The notes: generated from the sequence alone by a model not told the origin. A stretch of DNA of 64,000 bases from an uncultured Aliarcobacter sp. (GCA_963677435.1 OY781945.1:1152001-1216000), one strand, 5' to 3'. Counted from the stretch's first letter, positions 11,611-24,923 are shown. Numbers and translations are program-made.

Positions 11611-11865
11611 ATGGCTCACAAAAAAGGTCAGGGAAGTACGCAGAATAATAGAGATTCAGCTGGTAGAAGACTTGGTGTTAAGAAATTTGGTGGTGAAGTT
11701 GTAAGAGCTGGAAACATCATTATTAGACAAAGAGGTACAAAAGTACATTTAGGTCAAAATGTTGGGATCGGTAAAGATCATACAATTTATTCTTTAATTG
11801 ACGGTGTTGTTAAATTTGAGATTAAAGACAAAAAAAGAAAAAAAGTTTCAGTTTACGCTTCGTAA
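11611..11865 (+). CDS. rpmA: 50S ribosomal protein L27
   Basis: [24 protein letters not shown]. Confidence 0.99.
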   Translation: MAHKKGQGSTQNNRDSAGRRLGVKKFGGEVVRAGNIIIRQRGTKVHLGQNVGIGKDHTIYSLIDGVVKFEIKDKKRKKVSVYAS

Positions 11866-11888
11866 TTCTGGACAATAGTAGTTTCTTT

Positions 11889-11923
11889 AAAGGGTGTATG
11901 GCTTTTGCCTACACCCTTTTTTT
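11889..11923 (+). terminator. Intrinsic terminator after rplU-rpmA
   Basis: AAAGGGTGTA...TACACCCTTT stem followed by T-run. Confidence 0.85.
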
Positions 11924-12013
11924 ATTTAAAAATCAACATAACTAATTAAAAGTTAACAGTAGAAGTTAGAATTTTGCTTTTAGTTTTTAATTATTTATTA
12001 AAAGGAAAGTTAT

Positions 12014-13105
12014 ATGTTTATAGATAGCGCTAGATTTTCAGTTACATCTGGAAAAGGTGGACAGGGATGTGCAGCATTTAGACGAGAAAAATTTGTTGTT
12101 AAAGGTGGACCAGATGGTGGAGATGGTGGAAAAGGTGGAGATGTTTATTTTTTAGTAGACAATAATACTGATACATTATCAAACTACAAAGGTAGAAAAT
12201 ACTTTAAAGCAGATAATGGTAATCAAGGTTTAGGTGGAAGAATGACTGGAAAGTCAGGAGAATCACTTGTTTTAGTTGTTCCTCCAGGAACTCAAGTTAT
12301 TGATGATGAAACAAATGAAGTTATTTTTGATTTGCTTGAACTTGGAGAAAAAGTTTTATTTCTTGAAGGTGGAAAAGGTGGATTAGGTAATACTCACTTT
12401 AAGAACTCAAGAAATCAAAGACCAACTTATTTTCAACCAGGACTTCCTGGACAAGTAAGAAGTATTAGATTAGAATTAAAACTAATTGCTGATGTTGGAC
12501 TTGTTGGTTATCCAAATGTTGGAAAATCAACTTTAATTTCAGTTACTTCAAATGCAACTCCTGAGATTGCAAATTATGAATTTACAACTTTAACGCCAAA
12601 ATTAGGTGTTGTTGAAGTTGGAAATTACAACTCATTTGTAATGGCAGATATTCCAGGAATTATCGACGGTGCAAGTGAAGGAAGAGGTTTAGGTTTAGAG
12701 TTTTTAAAACATATTGAAAGAACTAAAACTCTTTTATTTGTAATTGATGTTGCAAATTATAGAACAATGATTGATCAATACAGAGTGTTAAAAGAAGAAG
12801 TTGCTAAATTCTCAGGTGAGTTATCAAAAAGAAACTTTGCGATAGTAATTAGCAAAATAGATGGATATATGGGTGAAAACTTAGATGAAGATATCGAAAA
12901 ATTTATTAAAGATATTGGCTTAGAACCAACAAAATCTAATGAGTTTAAATTTGAAGGAGAAAATCCATATTTTGTTCAAGATTTAATTTATTCAAGATTT
13001 GATAATAGCAAGCCATATTTTGTTTTACCAATTTCATCTTTAACAAAACTAAATCTTAAACCTTTAGGATTTGCATTATATAATTTATTGGAACAAGATA
13101 AATGA
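12014..13105 (+). CDS. obgE: GTPase ObgE/CgtA
   Basis: Gly-rich N-terminus ([12 protein letters not shown]), [12 protein letters not shown]. Confidence 0.98.
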   Translation: MFIDSARFSVTSGKGGQGCAAFRREKFVVKGGPDGGDGGKGGDVYFLVDNNTDTLSNYKGRKYFKADNGNQGLGGRMTGKSGESLVLVVPPGTQVIDDETNEVIFDLLELGEKVLFLEGGKGGLGNTHFKNSRNQRPTYFQPGLPGQVRSIRLELKLIADVGLVGYPNVGKSTLISVTSNATPEIANYEFTTLTPKLGVVEVGNYNSFVMADIPGIIDGASEGRGLGLEFLKHIERTKTLLFVIDVANYRTMIDQYRVLKEEVAKFSGELSKRNFAIVISKIDGYMGENLDEDIEKFIKDIGLEPTKSNEFKFEGENPYFVQDLIYSRFDNSKPYFVLPISSLTKLNLKPLGFALYNLLEQDK

Positions 13106-13902
13106 TTGAACATAGTGGAATTTTACCTGTAAAAAAAAGATTAGTTATAAAAGTTGGAACTGCCGTATTAACTCAAGATGGCCAACTAGCCCTTGAGAGA
13201 ATGAATAATTTAGTTAATTTAATTGCAAAATTAAAGAATGAGAAAAATCTTGAAGTAATATTAGTTTCTTCTGGTGCTGTTGGTGCAGGATTTACTTCTT
13301 TAAAACTTGATAAAAGAATAATTGCAAATAAGCAAGCTCTTGCTGCTATTGGTCAACCTTTATTACTTAAAAATTACAAAAAGAGATTTAAAGAACATAA
13401 TATTACTTGTGCACAAATGCTTTTTATTGCAGATGATTTTGATTCAAGAAAAAGAACAAAAAATGCACAAAATGTTATGGAAATACTTTTAGAAAATAAT
13501 ATTTTACCAATTATAAATGAAAATGATGTAATTGCAAATTATGAACTGTTATTTGGGGATAATGACCAACTTGCAGCCCATGTAGCATATCATTTTAATG
13601 CAGATATGTTAGCAATATTATCTGATATCGATGGTTATTATAATAAAAATCCAAGAGAATTTGATGATGCTGTTTTATTAAAAGAAGTTTTTGAAATAAA
13701 TCCAGATGAACTTGAAATGAAACATACTGCTAATTCAGAATTTGCAACAGGTGGAATTGTTACAAAATTGAAAGCTGCTGACTTTTTAATGAAAAATAAT
13801 ATTCCAATGTATTTATCTTCTGGGTTTGATTTAACAAATGCTTATGATTTTCTAGTTGATGGAAATCATAAAAGTGGAACAGTTTTTCGAACAAAAAAAT
13901 AA
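13102..13902 (+). CDS. proB: Glutamate 5-kinase (no PUA domain)
   Basis: VIKVGT, VSSGAV, INENDV, GDND, TGGIVTK. Confidence 0.95.
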   Translation: MIEHSGILPVKKRLVIKVGTAVLTQDGQLALERMNNLVNLIAKLKNEKNLEVILVSSGAVGAGFTSLKLDKRIIANKQALAAIGQPLLLKNYKKRFKEHNITCAQMLFIADDFDSRKRTKNAQNVMEILLENNILPIINENDVIANYELLFGDNDQLAAHVAYHFNADMLAILSDIDGYYNKNPREFDDAVLLKEVFEINPDELEMKHTANSEFATGGIVTKLKAADFLMKNNIPMYLSSGFDLTNAYDFLVDGNHKSGTVFRTKK

Positions 13903-13913
13903 AAGGAAAAGAT

Positions 13914-14834
13914 TTGAGTAAAAAAATTCTATTTATGGGAACACCTGATTATGCAACAACTATTTTTAAAAGCTTAATAAATAGTGAGTATGAAGTAGTA
14001 GGATTATTTACTCAACCTGATAAACCAGTTGGTAGAAAACAACTATTAACACCTCCTCATATTAAACAATTTTGTCTTGATGAAAATTTACCTATTCCAA
14101 TTTTTCAACCTTTTAAATTAAGAGGAAATGATGAAATAACAAAACAAATAAAAGAATTAAATCCTGATTTTATTATTGTTGCAGCTTACGGTCAAATTTT
14201 GCCAAAAGATATTTTAGATATTGCACCTTGTATAAATCTTCATGCCTCATTATTACCTAAATATAGAGGGGCAAGTCCAATTCAAGAATCTCTTTTGAAT
14301 GATGATATTTATACAGGTGTTACTTCAATGCTTATGGAAGAGGGCTTAGATAGTGGAGATATCTTAGGATTACAATATCTTAAAATTACACCAACTATGG
14401 AAGTTTCAGAGGCTTTTGAAAAATTATCTTTAATTGCTGCAGAACTTACTATTATAACTTTAGATAATTTTGAGAATATAAAACCAATAAAACAAAATGA
14501 ATCAGAAGTTAGTTTTTGTAAAAAAATAAAAAAAGAAGATGGATTAGTCGATTTTTTTAATGCAAAGAAACTATATCAGAAATATAAAGCTTACTCTTAT
14601 TGGCCAGGTGTTTTTTTAAAGTCAGAATTAAAATTGAAAGATATTGAATTAAATGAAGAAACATCTATTAATAAGCAAGGTGAAATTTTAGAAGTTACCA
14701 ATGATTATGTATTAATTGGATGCGAAGTAGGAAGTTTAAAAATTAAAACTATTCAAGCTCCTTCAAAAAAAGCAATAAATGCAACAGATTATATAAGAGG
14801 TCAAAGATTAGAATTAAACAAAATACTATTTTAA
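13914..14834 (+). CDS. fmt: Methionyl-tRNA formyltransferase
   Basis: FMGTP, TQPDKPVGR, INLHASLLPKYRGASP; TTG start. Confidence 0.97.
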   Translation: MSKKILFMGTPDYATTIFKSLINSEYEVVGLFTQPDKPVGRKQLLTPPHIKQFCLDENLPIPIFQPFKLRGNDEITKQIKELNPDFIIVAAYGQILPKDILDIAPCINLHASLLPKYRGASPIQESLLNDDIYTGVTSMLMEEGLDSGDILGLQYLKITPTMEVSEAFEKLSLIAAELTIITLDNFENIKPIKQNESEVSFCKKIKKEDGLVDFFNAKKLYQKYKAYSYWPGVFLKSELKLKDIELNEETSINKQGEILEVTNDYVLIGCEVGSLKIKTIQAPSKKAINATDYIRGQRLELNKILF

Positions 14835-14873
14835 TGATATAATAATTAAAAATTTAAATTAAAAGTATTTATT

Positions 14874-16211
14874 ATGAAAGATTTAGAAATAAGACAAATA
14901 TATGATATTAATTTACTTAAAATTAGTGATTTAGATGTTCTTTTACATGAAATATTAAAATATACTAGAGAATTATTAAATGCAGAGGCTGGTACTATTT
15001 ATATTAAGGAAGATGAATATCTGAAATTTCATATTTTCCAAAATGATGGTTTGTCATATGAAGATATTTATAAATATTTTTATTTAGTTAAAGATTATAA
15101 ATTACCTTTATTTATTGAGAATAAATATATTGCAGTTGATTCTTATTTAACAAAAAAAATAATTATAATTAATGATATTTATAATTCAACAGAATATGAA
15201 TTTTCAGGAACTAAAGAGTTTGATGAAAAATTTAATTATAAAACTCGCTCAATTATTACAATACCTTTAATTCATCCAATAAAGAATGAAATATTAGGTG
15301 TTGTTCAATTACTTAATAAAAAGATTGATAATGAATTTATACCTTTTGATAAAAAAGATAAAGAATTTTTATTAATGTTTAGTTCATTTATTTCTCTATC
15401 AATTTCAAAAGCTCAAACAGATATTATTAAACTTCAGCTTCTAAATGAACAATTAGAAAAAGCAAATAAAGAGTTAGAAAAAAAAGTTGAAGATGAAATA
15501 TTAAATAATCACGAAAAATCTACTACAATATTCAATCAATCAAAAATATCATCAATGGCTGAATTAATGGGTGATATTGCACAGCAATGGAAAGAGCCAT
15601 TAAACATAATTTCTACACTTGCAAGTGGATTGAAAATTAACATAGAGTGTGATAACTTAAATAAAAAAGACTCAATATTAGAATTAGCTAAAATTGTTGA
15701 TATTACACAAAATTTATCTATGAATATTGATGATTTTAAAGATTTTTATAAAGTTGAAAGTATAGTAGATAATTTTAATATTACAGATACTATATATAAA
15801 TGTTTAGAATTAGCAGATATTACTTTAAAGAGAAACAATATAGAACTAGTAATAAAGTTAGATGATTCAATAAATATTTATGGTCTTAAGAATGAGTTTA
15901 GTCAAGCAATCTTAAATATAATAAACAATTTGATAGATGGCTTAATAGAAAATATTTCAATTGAAGAAAAGAGATATATTTTTATTGATTTATTTACTAT
16001 AGGTGAAATAATATATTTAAAAATAAAAAATAATGATAGAAGAAAAAATATTAATACTCATGACAAACAATTAAATGATAATAAAAATTTGTATATGAGT
16101 AAGTTAATTATAGAAAAATATAATAAAGGAAATATCAACTTTGAAAATATCAATTTTAAACATGAGGATATTAACTATGAAGGAAGTGGATATATAATTA
16201 CTTTAGCGTAA
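14874..16211 (+). CDS. GAF-domain protein with degenerate histidine-kinase module
   Basis: GAF (AEAGTIY, FDEKFNYKTRSIITIPL, GVVQLLNK); H-box reads IAQQWKEPL; ATP-lid glycine motifs absent. Confidence 0.75.
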   Translation: MKDLEIRQIYDINLLKISDLDVLLHEILKYTRELLNAEAGTIYIKEDEYLKFHIFQNDGLSYEDIYKYFYLVKDYKLPLFIENKYIAVDSYLTKKIIIINDIYNSTEYEFSGTKEFDEKFNYKTRSIITIPLIHPIKNEILGVVQLLNKKIDNEFIPFDKKDKEFLLMFSSFISLSISKAQTDIIKLQLLNEQLEKANKELEKKVEDEILNNHEKSTTIFNQSKISSMAELMGDIAQQWKEPLNIISTLASGLKINIECDNLNKKDSILELAKIVDITQNLSMNIDDFKDFYKVESIVDNFNITDTIYKCLELADITLKRNNIELVIKLDDSINIYGLKNEFSQAILNIINNLIDGLIENISIEEKRYIFIDLFTIGEIIYLKIKNNDRRKNINTHDKQLNDNKNLYMSKLIIEKYNKGNINFENINFKHEDINYEGSGYIITLA

Positions 16212-16213
16212 AA

Positions 16214-17107
16214 TTACGCTAAGTAAGAAGTATATAAAGTTATAGTTACAAGGCTTAATAAAACACCTAAAACTAATGAGTTAATTGCTACTTTCTCATC
16301 TAATCCACCTTTTATTGCTAAGACTGTAGCCATTGTCATTGGTGGCATTGCAACTTCAATAATTGTAACTTTTACCCAAGTTTCATGGATCCCAAAGAAT
16401 TGTTGAAATCCTATTAATACAATAACTGGAACAATAACCATTTTTAAAATCATGGCCATTGATACGATATGAAACTTAACAAAAATATGCTTCACTTCTA
16501 GTTTCATTCCAATTGCAATCATTGCAATTGGCACTAATGTTGAACCTAATGTTTGAGTTGTCAAAATTAAGAAATTTGGAATTTCAAAATTCTTTGCAGC
16601 AACGGTTATAAAGAACATAAGTGAAGGTGGAAATAAAAAAATATTTTTAAAAATTGATGTTAAATTATTCTTTTTGCCACTTCCCCAAGTTATAATAAAC
16701 ATTCCAACAGAAACAAGTAGTAAAAATGAACCAAATAAGTCATATATTAATCCATAGACAATATAGTCTTCCCCATAAAATGCATTTATGTATGAAAAAC
16801 CAATAAATGATGTGTTTCCAAATGTTGCCATAATCATAAATGTTGCTAACAATATTTTACTTAGTTTCATCATTTTCCCAATAAGGTATGCAAGTAATAA
16901 ATTAAATAGAATAAATGACATAAACATTAAAATCAACCCAAGTATTTTTTCATCTAGAACTAAAGGATAAATTTTAGAAAAAACAATAGAAGGAAGTGAA
17001 AAATAAATTATAAATTCAATTAATTGTTTAGAATTGTCTTGATAAAATATTTTAAATAGATAACCTAATAGTAAATATATTGCAATTGGTAAAACTGGAT
17101 CTAACAT
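16214..17107 (-). CDS. AEC (auxin efflux carrier) family transporter
   Basis: Multi-TM; FGNTSFIG, EVAMPP motifs; start moved to ATG at 17107 (MLDPVLP). Confidence 0.85.
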   Translation of the reverse strand: MLDPVLPIAIYLLLGYLFKIFYQDNSKQLIEFIIYFSLPSIVFSKIYPLVLDEKILGLILMFMSFILFNLLLAYLIGKMMKLSKILLATFMIMATFGNTSFIGFSYINAFYGEDYIVYGLIYDLFGSFLLLVSVGMFIITWGSGKKNNLTSIFKNIFLFPPSLMFFITVAAKNFEIPNFLILTTQTLGSTLVPIAMIAIGMKLEVKHIFVKFHIVSMAMILKMVIVPVIVLIGFQQFFGIHETWVKVTIIEVAMPPMTMATVLAIKGGLDEKVAINSLVLGVLLSLVTITLYTSYLA

Positions 17108-17170
17108 AATAACCTTTTTGCTTGGATTATATTTAATAATATCTTCTATTTTTATTATGTATAATAAAAA

Positions 17171-17806
17171 ATGCAAATAATAAAATTAAATGAAATCGAT
17201 TCCACTCATAGATATATAAAAGATTATATTTTAGAAAAAGGATATACTGAACCTTTATGTGTTTTTACTGATTATCAAACAAATGGAGTTGGAAGTAGAG
17301 GAAATTCATGGCTTGGAATAAAAGGTAATATATTTTTTTCTTTTGTTATAAATAATTCTTTTTTACCTAATGATTTACCACTTCAAAGTAGTTCAATATA
17401 TTTTTCATATATATTAAAAGATGTACTAAAAGAGATGGGTTCAGCAGTTTGGCTGAAGTGGCCAAATGATTTTTATATTGGTAATAAAAAAATTGGAGGA
17501 ACAATTACAACTGTTTCCAAAGATTTAATTTATTGTGGTATTGGTATAAATTTGAAAAGTGTAAATGATGATTTTGGAAAACTCGATATAAATGTCGATA
17601 TAGATGATATGTTAAAAATTTATTTTTTTAAATTAGAAAAAAAGCTTTTTTGGAAGCAGATATTTAGTGATTTTAAGATAGAATTTCAGCATAGCAAAAA
17701 GTTCCAAACAACCATCGATAATCAAAAGGTTTCTCTCGAAAATGTGATTTTAAATGATGATGGTTCAATACAAGTAAACAATAAAAAGGTATTTAGTTTA
17801 AGATGA
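17171..17806 (+). CDS. birA: Biotin--[acetyl-CoA-carboxylase] ligase
   Basis: IDST, QTNGVGSRGNSW, LKWPND, KIGG, GIGIN. Confidence 0.93.
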   Translation: MQIIKLNEIDSTHRYIKDYILEKGYTEPLCVFTDYQTNGVGSRGNSWLGIKGNIFFSFVINNSFLPNDLPLQSSSIYFSYILKDVLKEMGSAVWLKWPNDFYIGNKKIGGTITTVSKDLIYCGIGINLKSVNDDFGKLDINVDIDDMLKIYFFKLEKKLFWKQIFSDFKIEFQHSKKFQTTIDNQKVSLENVILNDDGSIQVNNKKVFSLR

Positions 17807-18579
17807 CAGAGATTATTTCAATAGCTAATCAAAAAGGTGGTGTAGGTAAAACTACGACTGCTGTAAACTTAAGTGCAGCCCTTGCACTTGAAGGTAAAAG
17901 AGTATTATTAATTGATGCAGATCCACAAGCAAATGCTACAACTTCTTTAGGTTTTCATAGAGATACATATGAATACAATATCTATCATGTAATGTTAGGT
18001 ACAAAAGAGTTAAGTGAGATTATTTTAGATTCAGAAATAGAAAATTTAAAAGTTGCACCATCAAATATAGGTCTTGTTGGAATCGAAAAAGAGTTTTATA
18101 AAAATACAAAAGAAAGAGAATTAGTATTAAAAAGAAAAATTGATCCTATTAAGAAAGATTTTGATTATATTATTATTGATTCACCTCCTGCTCTTGGACC
18201 AATTACAATAAATACATTAAGTGCATCTACATCTGTACTTATTCCAATTCAATGTGAATTTTTTGCATTAGAAGGATTAGCACAATTATTAAACACTATA
18301 AAATTAGTAAAACAAACTATAAACCAATCTTTACAAATAAGAGGTTTTTTACCAACAATGTATAGCTCTCAAAATAATTTATCAAAACAAGTGTTTGCAG
18401 ATTTAGCACAACATTTTGAGAATAAATTATTTAAAATAGATGATAATTCATATGTAGTAATTCCTAGAAATGTAAAATTAGCGGAAAGTCCAAGTTTTGG
18501 TAAACCAATAATGTTATACGATACAAATTCAAGTGGTACAAAAGCATATACGCATTTAGCAAGAGCAATAGCAGGTTAA
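17803..18579 (+). CDS. parA: Chromosome partitioning ATPase ParA/Soj
   Basis: NQKGGVGKTT, DADPQAN, IIDSPP. Confidence 0.96.
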   Translation: MTEIISIANQKGGVGKTTTAVNLSAALALEGKRVLLIDADPQANATTSLGFHRDTYEYNIYHVMLGTKELSEIILDSEIENLKVAPSNIGLVGIEKEFYKNTKERELVLKRKIDPIKKDFDYIIIDSPPALGPITINTLSASTSVLIPIQCEFFALEGLAQLLNTIKLVKQTINQSLQIRGFLPTMYSSQNNLSKQVFADLAQHFENKLFKIDDNSYVVIPRNVKLAESPSFGKPIMLYDTNSSGTKAYTHLARAIAG

Positions 18580-18601
18580 TTTTTATTAGTAGGAAAATGA
18601 T

Positions 18602-19459
18602 ATGGCATTAGGTAGAGGATTAGGAGAATTATTAGGAGAAGTTGAATCAGCATATGAGAATTCAGCTAGTAGCAACAAATCAGGCGTTTGTAAAATTGAT
18701 GTTTCAACAATTAAAGCCAATCCTAATCAACCAAGAAAAATATTTGATGAAGAAAAATTAAGTGATTTAAGTGAATCTATTAAAGAACATGGATTATTAC
18801 AACCAATAATCGTAATTGAGAATGGTAATAATAGTTACACTTTAGTTGCAGGTGAGAGAAGATTAAGGGCTCATAAATTAGCAAATATTAACAAAATTAA
18901 AGCAATAATTATTGATGCAGATGAATTTAAACTAAGAGAATTAGCATTAATAGAAAATATCCAAAGGGATGACTTAAATATTATAGAATTAGCATACTGT
19001 TACGCACAGTTACTAAATGAACATAATATTACTCATGAAGAATTATCAAAAAAAGTGTTTAAAAGTAGAACTTCTATAACAAACACATTAAGATTGTTAC
19101 AATTAAACTCATATGTACAACAATTTTTAGCTACGGACAAAATTAGTGCAGGTCATGCAAAAGTTATGCTTGGACTTAGTTCTGATGAACAAAAAATGGT
19201 TTGCGATTCAATTGTTGGTCAAAAACTTTCAGTTAGAGAAACAGAAAAACTGGTTAAAGAACTAAAAGAAAAAAATACTGAAAAACCAAAAAAAGATAAA
19301 CCTTCAAATACTTATAATTTCAATTCTTTTAATAATATTATTGAAAAATTCAAAGAGAATAATTTAAAAATGAAAGTTGAAAAAAACTATTTTAAAATTG
19401 AATTTAACTCACAAGAAGAAATTGATAAAATTATTAGCTACTTTAATATCCAATCGTAA
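18602..19459 (+). CDS. parB: Chromosome partitioning protein ParB/Spo0J
   Basis: LGRGL, NPNQPRK, GLLQPI, AGERRLRA, ENIQR. Confidence 0.96.
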   Translation: MALGRGLGELLGEVESAYENSASSNKSGVCKIDVSTIKANPNQPRKIFDEEKLSDLSESIKEHGLLQPIIVIENGNNSYTLVAGERRLRAHKLANINKIKAIIIDADEFKLRELALIENIQRDDLNIIELAYCYAQLLNEHNITHEELSKKVFKSRTSITNTLRLLQLNSYVQQFLATDKISAGHAKVMLGLSSDEQKMVCDSIVGQKLSVRETEKLVKELKEKNTEKPKKDKPSNTYNFNSFNNIIEKFKENNLKMKVEKNYFKIEFNSQEEIDKIISYFNIQS

Positions 19460-19572
19460 CATTATCCAAAAATTTATAAGCTAATTTTTTCTTTTAATAT
19501 AATTTTATAGTTAGTTTTGCTAAAATAATTGAGTTTTAGTTAAACTAAACTGTAAAAAATATGGAGGAATGA

Positions 19573-19995
19573 ATGTTAGACATAAGTCCTGTATTATTGC
19601 TTAGCTCTGGTATCATCTTTCTTTTAGTTGTTGCTAGACTAAACAGTTGTCTTTTCAAACCATTACTTAAACACATGGATGATAGAGAGGCTTCTATAAA
19701 AAGAGATTTAGAAGACGCAAAATCAAACGGTGCAGATGTAGATGGTTTATTGGCCGAAGCAAATGATATTATTGCTAAAGCGAAAAAAGAGGCAGCTGCA
19801 ATTAGAGAACAAGCTTATAAGGAAGCAAAGGATAGTGCTGATGCAAAACTTGCAAGTGCTAAATCTAATTTAGAAGTAAAATCTGCGGAATTTACTAAAA
19901 ACTTACAAGACGAGACTAAAGCTCTAAGAGATTCTTTAGTATCTTCTATGCCTCAATTTAATGAGAGCCTAAAAGCTAAGCTTAGCTCTATTTAA
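19573..19995 (+). CDS. ATP synthase F0 subunit b'
   Basis: N-terminal TM plus coiled coil; first gene of the atp cluster. Confidence 0.9.
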   Translation: MLDISPVLLLSSGIIFLLVVARLNSCLFKPLLKHMDDREASIKRDLEDAKSNGADVDGLLAEANDIIAKAKKEAAAIREQAYKEAKDSADAKLASAKSNLEVKSAEFTKNLQDETKALRDSLVSSMPQFNESLKAKLSSI

Positions 19996-20010
19996 GAAGG
20001 GATAGGAAAT

Positions 20011-20523
20011 ATGAAAAGAATGTTATTACTTGGGTTGGCTTTAGTTCCAGTTGCATTACTTGCAAACGAAGGCGCGGTAGAAACTGACATAGTTCAAAGA
20101 ACCGTTAACTTTATAATATTTGCTGGAATTTTATGGTATTTACTTGCTGATAAGATTAAAGCATTTTTTGCTGAGAGATCTTTATCTATTCAAGCAGAAC
20201 TTGATAAAGTACAAGATACTTTAAAAGCTTCTCGAGATAAAGTTAAAGATGCACAAAAGAAATTAGAAGAAGCAAAAAAACTTGCTGCTGATATTGTCGA
20301 TGGTGCAAAGGCTGATATAGATTCAGTTAAACAAAAAGTTGCAACTGCTGTTGATGCAGACATCTCTAATCTAAATAAAAATTTAGATGAAATGATGAAA
20401 GTAGAAACTTCAAAAGCTAAAAAAGAAGTTGTTACTGAAGTTCTAGAAGAGCTATTAAGTTCTGAAAATATTAAATTAACTCAAGACGAGTTAGCAAATA
20501 TTGTTCTTAAAAAGGTAGCATAA
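20011..20523 (+). CDS. atpF: ATP synthase F0 subunit b
   Basis: DIVQRTVNFIIF TM plus coiled coil. Confidence 0.92.
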   Translation: MKRMLLLGLALVPVALLANEGAVETDIVQRTVNFIIFAGILWYLLADKIKAFFAERSLSIQAELDKVQDTLKASRDKVKDAQKKLEEAKKLAADIVDGAKADIDSVKQKVATAVDADISNLNKNLDEMMKVETSKAKKEVVTEVLEELLSSENIKLTQDELANIVLKKVA

Positions 20524-21056
20524 TGAATGATTTAGTAGCAAAAAGATATGTTAAAGCATTGGTTGATGGTAGAAATAGTGATATTATTAATACTATTAGC
20601 AGTAAGCTAAATGTTATTTCTTCAGCATTTGCTGATGAAAAATTCAATTCAATAGTATCTTCTCCCCAAATTGCTGATAATGCAAAAGTAGATTTTATAA
20701 TCTCTTTAGCAGATGGAGCAAATGATGAAGTTTTAAAAAATTTCATTAAATTACTTGGTGAAAAAAGAAGATTATCATTATTACCGTTTATCGCAAAAGA
20801 GCTTAATACTCAAATTGCTAAAATGAATAATAGTTATATTGGAGTTGTTTATACAAATCAAGAATTATCAAGTGATTATGTATCTTCAATTGAAAAGCAA
20901 TTTAGTAAAAAATTTGATGTTAAATTATCATTATCGCAAAATGTTTGTGATTATGATGGTATTAAAGTAGATATTGATGGACTTGGCGTTGAAATTTCTT
21001 TTTCTAAAGAGAGATTAAAAACACAGTTAATAGATCATATTTTAAAAGCAGTTTAG
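20523..21056 (+). CDS. atpH: ATP synthase delta subunit
   Basis: VAKRYVKAL; operon position. Confidence 0.92.
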   Translation: MNDLVAKRYVKALVDGRNSDIINTISSKLNVISSAFADEKFNSIVSSPQIADNAKVDFIISLADGANDEVLKNFIKLLGEKRRLSLLPFIAKELNTQIAKMNNSYIGVVYTNQELSSDYVSSIEKQFSKKFDVKLSLSQNVCDYDGIKVDIDGLGVEISFSKERLKTQLIDHILKAV

Positions 21057-21077
21057 AACTTACAAAGGAGAAATTGA

Positions 21078-22595
21078 ATGGGCGCAAAAATTCAAGCTGA
21101 TGAAATCAGTTCTATAATTAAAGAAAGAATTGATAACTTTGAATTAAATGTAGATGTAAATGAAACAGGTAAAATTATCTCTTATGCAGATGGTATTGCA
21201 CAAGTTTACGGTCTAAAAAATGTTATGGCAGGGGAACTTGTTGAATTTGAAAATGGTGAGAGAGGTCTTGCTTCAAATTTAGAAGAATCTTCAGTTGGTA
21301 TTGTTATTCTTGGAAAAGGTGATGGTCTAAGAGAAGGTACTTCTTGTAAAAGATTAGGAAAACTTTTATCAACTCCTGTTGGTGATGCAATGGTTGGAAG
21401 AGTTGTTAATGCACTTGGTGAACCAATTGATGGTAAAGGTTCAATTGCAGCTTCAGAAACTAGATTAGTTGAAGAAAAAGCTCCTGGAATTATGGCTAGA
21501 AAATCAGTTCATGAACCATTAACAACTGGTATTAAAGCTATTGATGCATTAGTTCCAATTGGTAGAGGTCAAAGAGAGCTTATTATTGGTGATAGACAAA
21601 CTGGTAAAACTACTGTTGCAATCGACACAATTCTTAACCAAAAAGGTGAGAATGTAGTTTGTATTTATGTGGCTATTGGTCAAAAATCATCTTCTGTTGC
21701 TTCTGTTGTTAGAACATTAGAAGAAGCTGGTGCAATGGAGTATACAATTGTTGTTAATGCTTCTGCTGCTGATTCTGCTGCATTACAATTCTTAGCTCCT
21801 TATACAGGTGTTACTATTGGTGAATTCTTTAGAGATAATGGAAAACATGCATTAATTATTTATGATGATTTATCTAAACATGCTGTTGCATATAGAGAAA
21901 TGTCATTAATTTTAAGAAGACCTCCAGGAAGAGAAGCATATCCAGGAGATGTATTTTATCTACACTCAAGATTATTAGAAAGAGCTGCAAAAATGAGTGA
22001 TGAAAGAGGTGCTGGTTCTATGACTGCATTACCAATCATTGAAACTCAAGCTGGGGATGTTGCTGCATATATTCCTACAAATGTAATTTCTATTACAGAT
22101 GGACAAATTTTCTTAGAAACTAACCTGTTTAACTCAGGTATTAGACCTGCAATTAATGTTGGTTTATCAGTATCAAGAGTTGGTGGAGCTGCACAAATTA
22201 AAGCTACTAAGCAAGTTGCTGGTACTTTAAAATTATCTCTTGCTCAATATAGAGAACTTGAAGCATTTGCTCAATTTGCATCTGACTTAGATGAAGCTAC
22301 TAGAAGAGAATTAGAGCTTGGTCAAAGAATGGTTGAAGTATTAAAACAAGGTGTAAACAAACCACTAGTTATTGAAAAACAAGTTGTTATTATTTATGCT
22401 GGTACTAAAGGTTACTTAAATGATGTTGCAGTTAGTGATGTTGTAAGATTTGAAGCTGAATTACATACATTCTTCGAACAAAAATATTCAAATATTTTAG
22501 ATTCAATCAAATCTTCTAAAAAAATTGATGATAATACAGAAGCAGAATTAAAAGCTGCATTAGAAGAGTTTAAAACTGTATTTAGTGCAAACTAA
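21078..22595 (+). CDS. atpA: ATP synthase alpha subunit
   Basis: [31 protein letters not shown]. Confidence 0.99.
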   Translation: MGAKIQADEISSIIKERIDNFELNVDVNETGKIISYADGIAQVYGLKNVMAGELVEFENGERGLASNLEESSVGIVILGKGDGLREGTSCKRLGKLLSTPVGDAMVGRVVNALGEPIDGKGSIAASETRLVEEKAPGIMARKSVHEPLTTGIKAIDALVPIGRGQRELIIGDRQTGKTTVAIDTILNQKGENVVCIYVAIGQKSSSVASVVRTLEEAGAMEYTIVVNASAADSAALQFLAPYTGVTIGEFFRDNGKHALIIYDDLSKHAVAYREMSLILRRPPGREAYPGDVFYLHSRLLERAAKMSDERGAGSMTALPIIETQAGDVAAYIPTNVISITDGQIFLETNLFNSGIRPAINVGLSVSRVGGAAQIKATKQVAGTLKLSLAQYRELEAFAQFASDLDEATRRELELGQRMVEVLKQGVNKPLVIEKQVVIIYAGTKGYLNDVAVSDVVRFEAELHTFFEQKYSNILDSIKSSKKIDDNTEAELKAALEEFKTVFSAN

Positions 22596-22605
22596 GGATT
22601 AGTCA

Positions 22606-23490
22606 ATGGCTAACTTAAAAGAGATTAAATTAAAAATAGGTAGTGTTAAAAATACTCAGAAAACTACAAAAGCTATGAAGCTTGTATCTTCTGCAAAACT
22701 TACTAGAACTAGACAATTGTCTGAGCAAGCTAGAAGTTATGCAAAAAAGATAAATGAAGTTCTTTCTGATATTGCTGCTAGAGTTAGCAAAGTTCAAGAC
22801 GAAGGAAATATTGGTAGAGCATTTATACAAAATGATGCACCAAAAACAATTGATATTGTTTTTGTAACTGCTGATAAAGGACTTTGCGGTGGTTTTAATA
22901 TGGCAACAATTAAAACAGTTAGTAAATTAATTGCTGAATATGAAGCAAAAGGTACAAAAGTTAGATTAAGAGCTGCTGGAAGAAAAGGTGTTGATTTCTT
23001 TTCTTTCCAAGGTGTTGCTTTAGAACAAAAAGTTTCTGATTTATCTTCTGCTCCTGAGTATGATAGAGCTGCAGATTTTATTCATGCAGTTGTTGAAGAT
23101 TTCAAAAATGAAATTACTGACAAAGTAATTGTTGTTTATAATGGTTTTTTAAATATGTTAACTCAAGAAATTAGAGTTAGAGATTTATTACCAGTTAGTT
23201 TAGATGCTGTAGAAGTTAAAAATTCAGAATCTATGTTAGAAATTGAGCCAGATGATGATGAAGAAGTATTAAATGAGTTAACTGATAAATATATTGATTT
23301 CAATATGTATTATGCTTTAATTGACTCTTTAGCTGCAGAGCACAGTGCTAGAATGCAAGCAATGGAAGCTGCTACTAAAAATGCAAAAGAAAAAGTTAAC
23401 AGTTTAACAGTTGAATATAACAAAGCTAGACAAGCTGCAATTACAACAGAGCTGATAGAAATTATCAGTGGTGTTGAAGCATTAAAATAA
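22606..23490 (+). CDS. atpG: ATP synthase gamma subunit
   Basis: TKAMKLVS, DKGLCG, RQAAITTELIEI. Confidence 0.99.
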   Translation: MANLKEIKLKIGSVKNTQKTTKAMKLVSSAKLTRTRQLSEQARSYAKKINEVLSDIAARVSKVQDEGNIGRAFIQNDAPKTIDIVFVTADKGLCGGFNMATIKTVSKLIAEYEAKGTKVRLRAAGRKGVDFFSFQGVALEQKVSDLSSAPEYDRAADFIHAVVEDFKNEITDKVIVVYNGFLNMLTQEIRVRDLLPVSLDAVEVKNSESMLEIEPDDDEEVLNELTDKYIDFNMYYALIDSLAAEHSARMQAMEAATKNAKEKVNSLTVEYNKARQAAITTELIEIISGVEALK

Positions 23491-24903
<1,413 letters not shown>

Positions 24904-24923
24904 CAAAACCGTTAAGGCATAAC

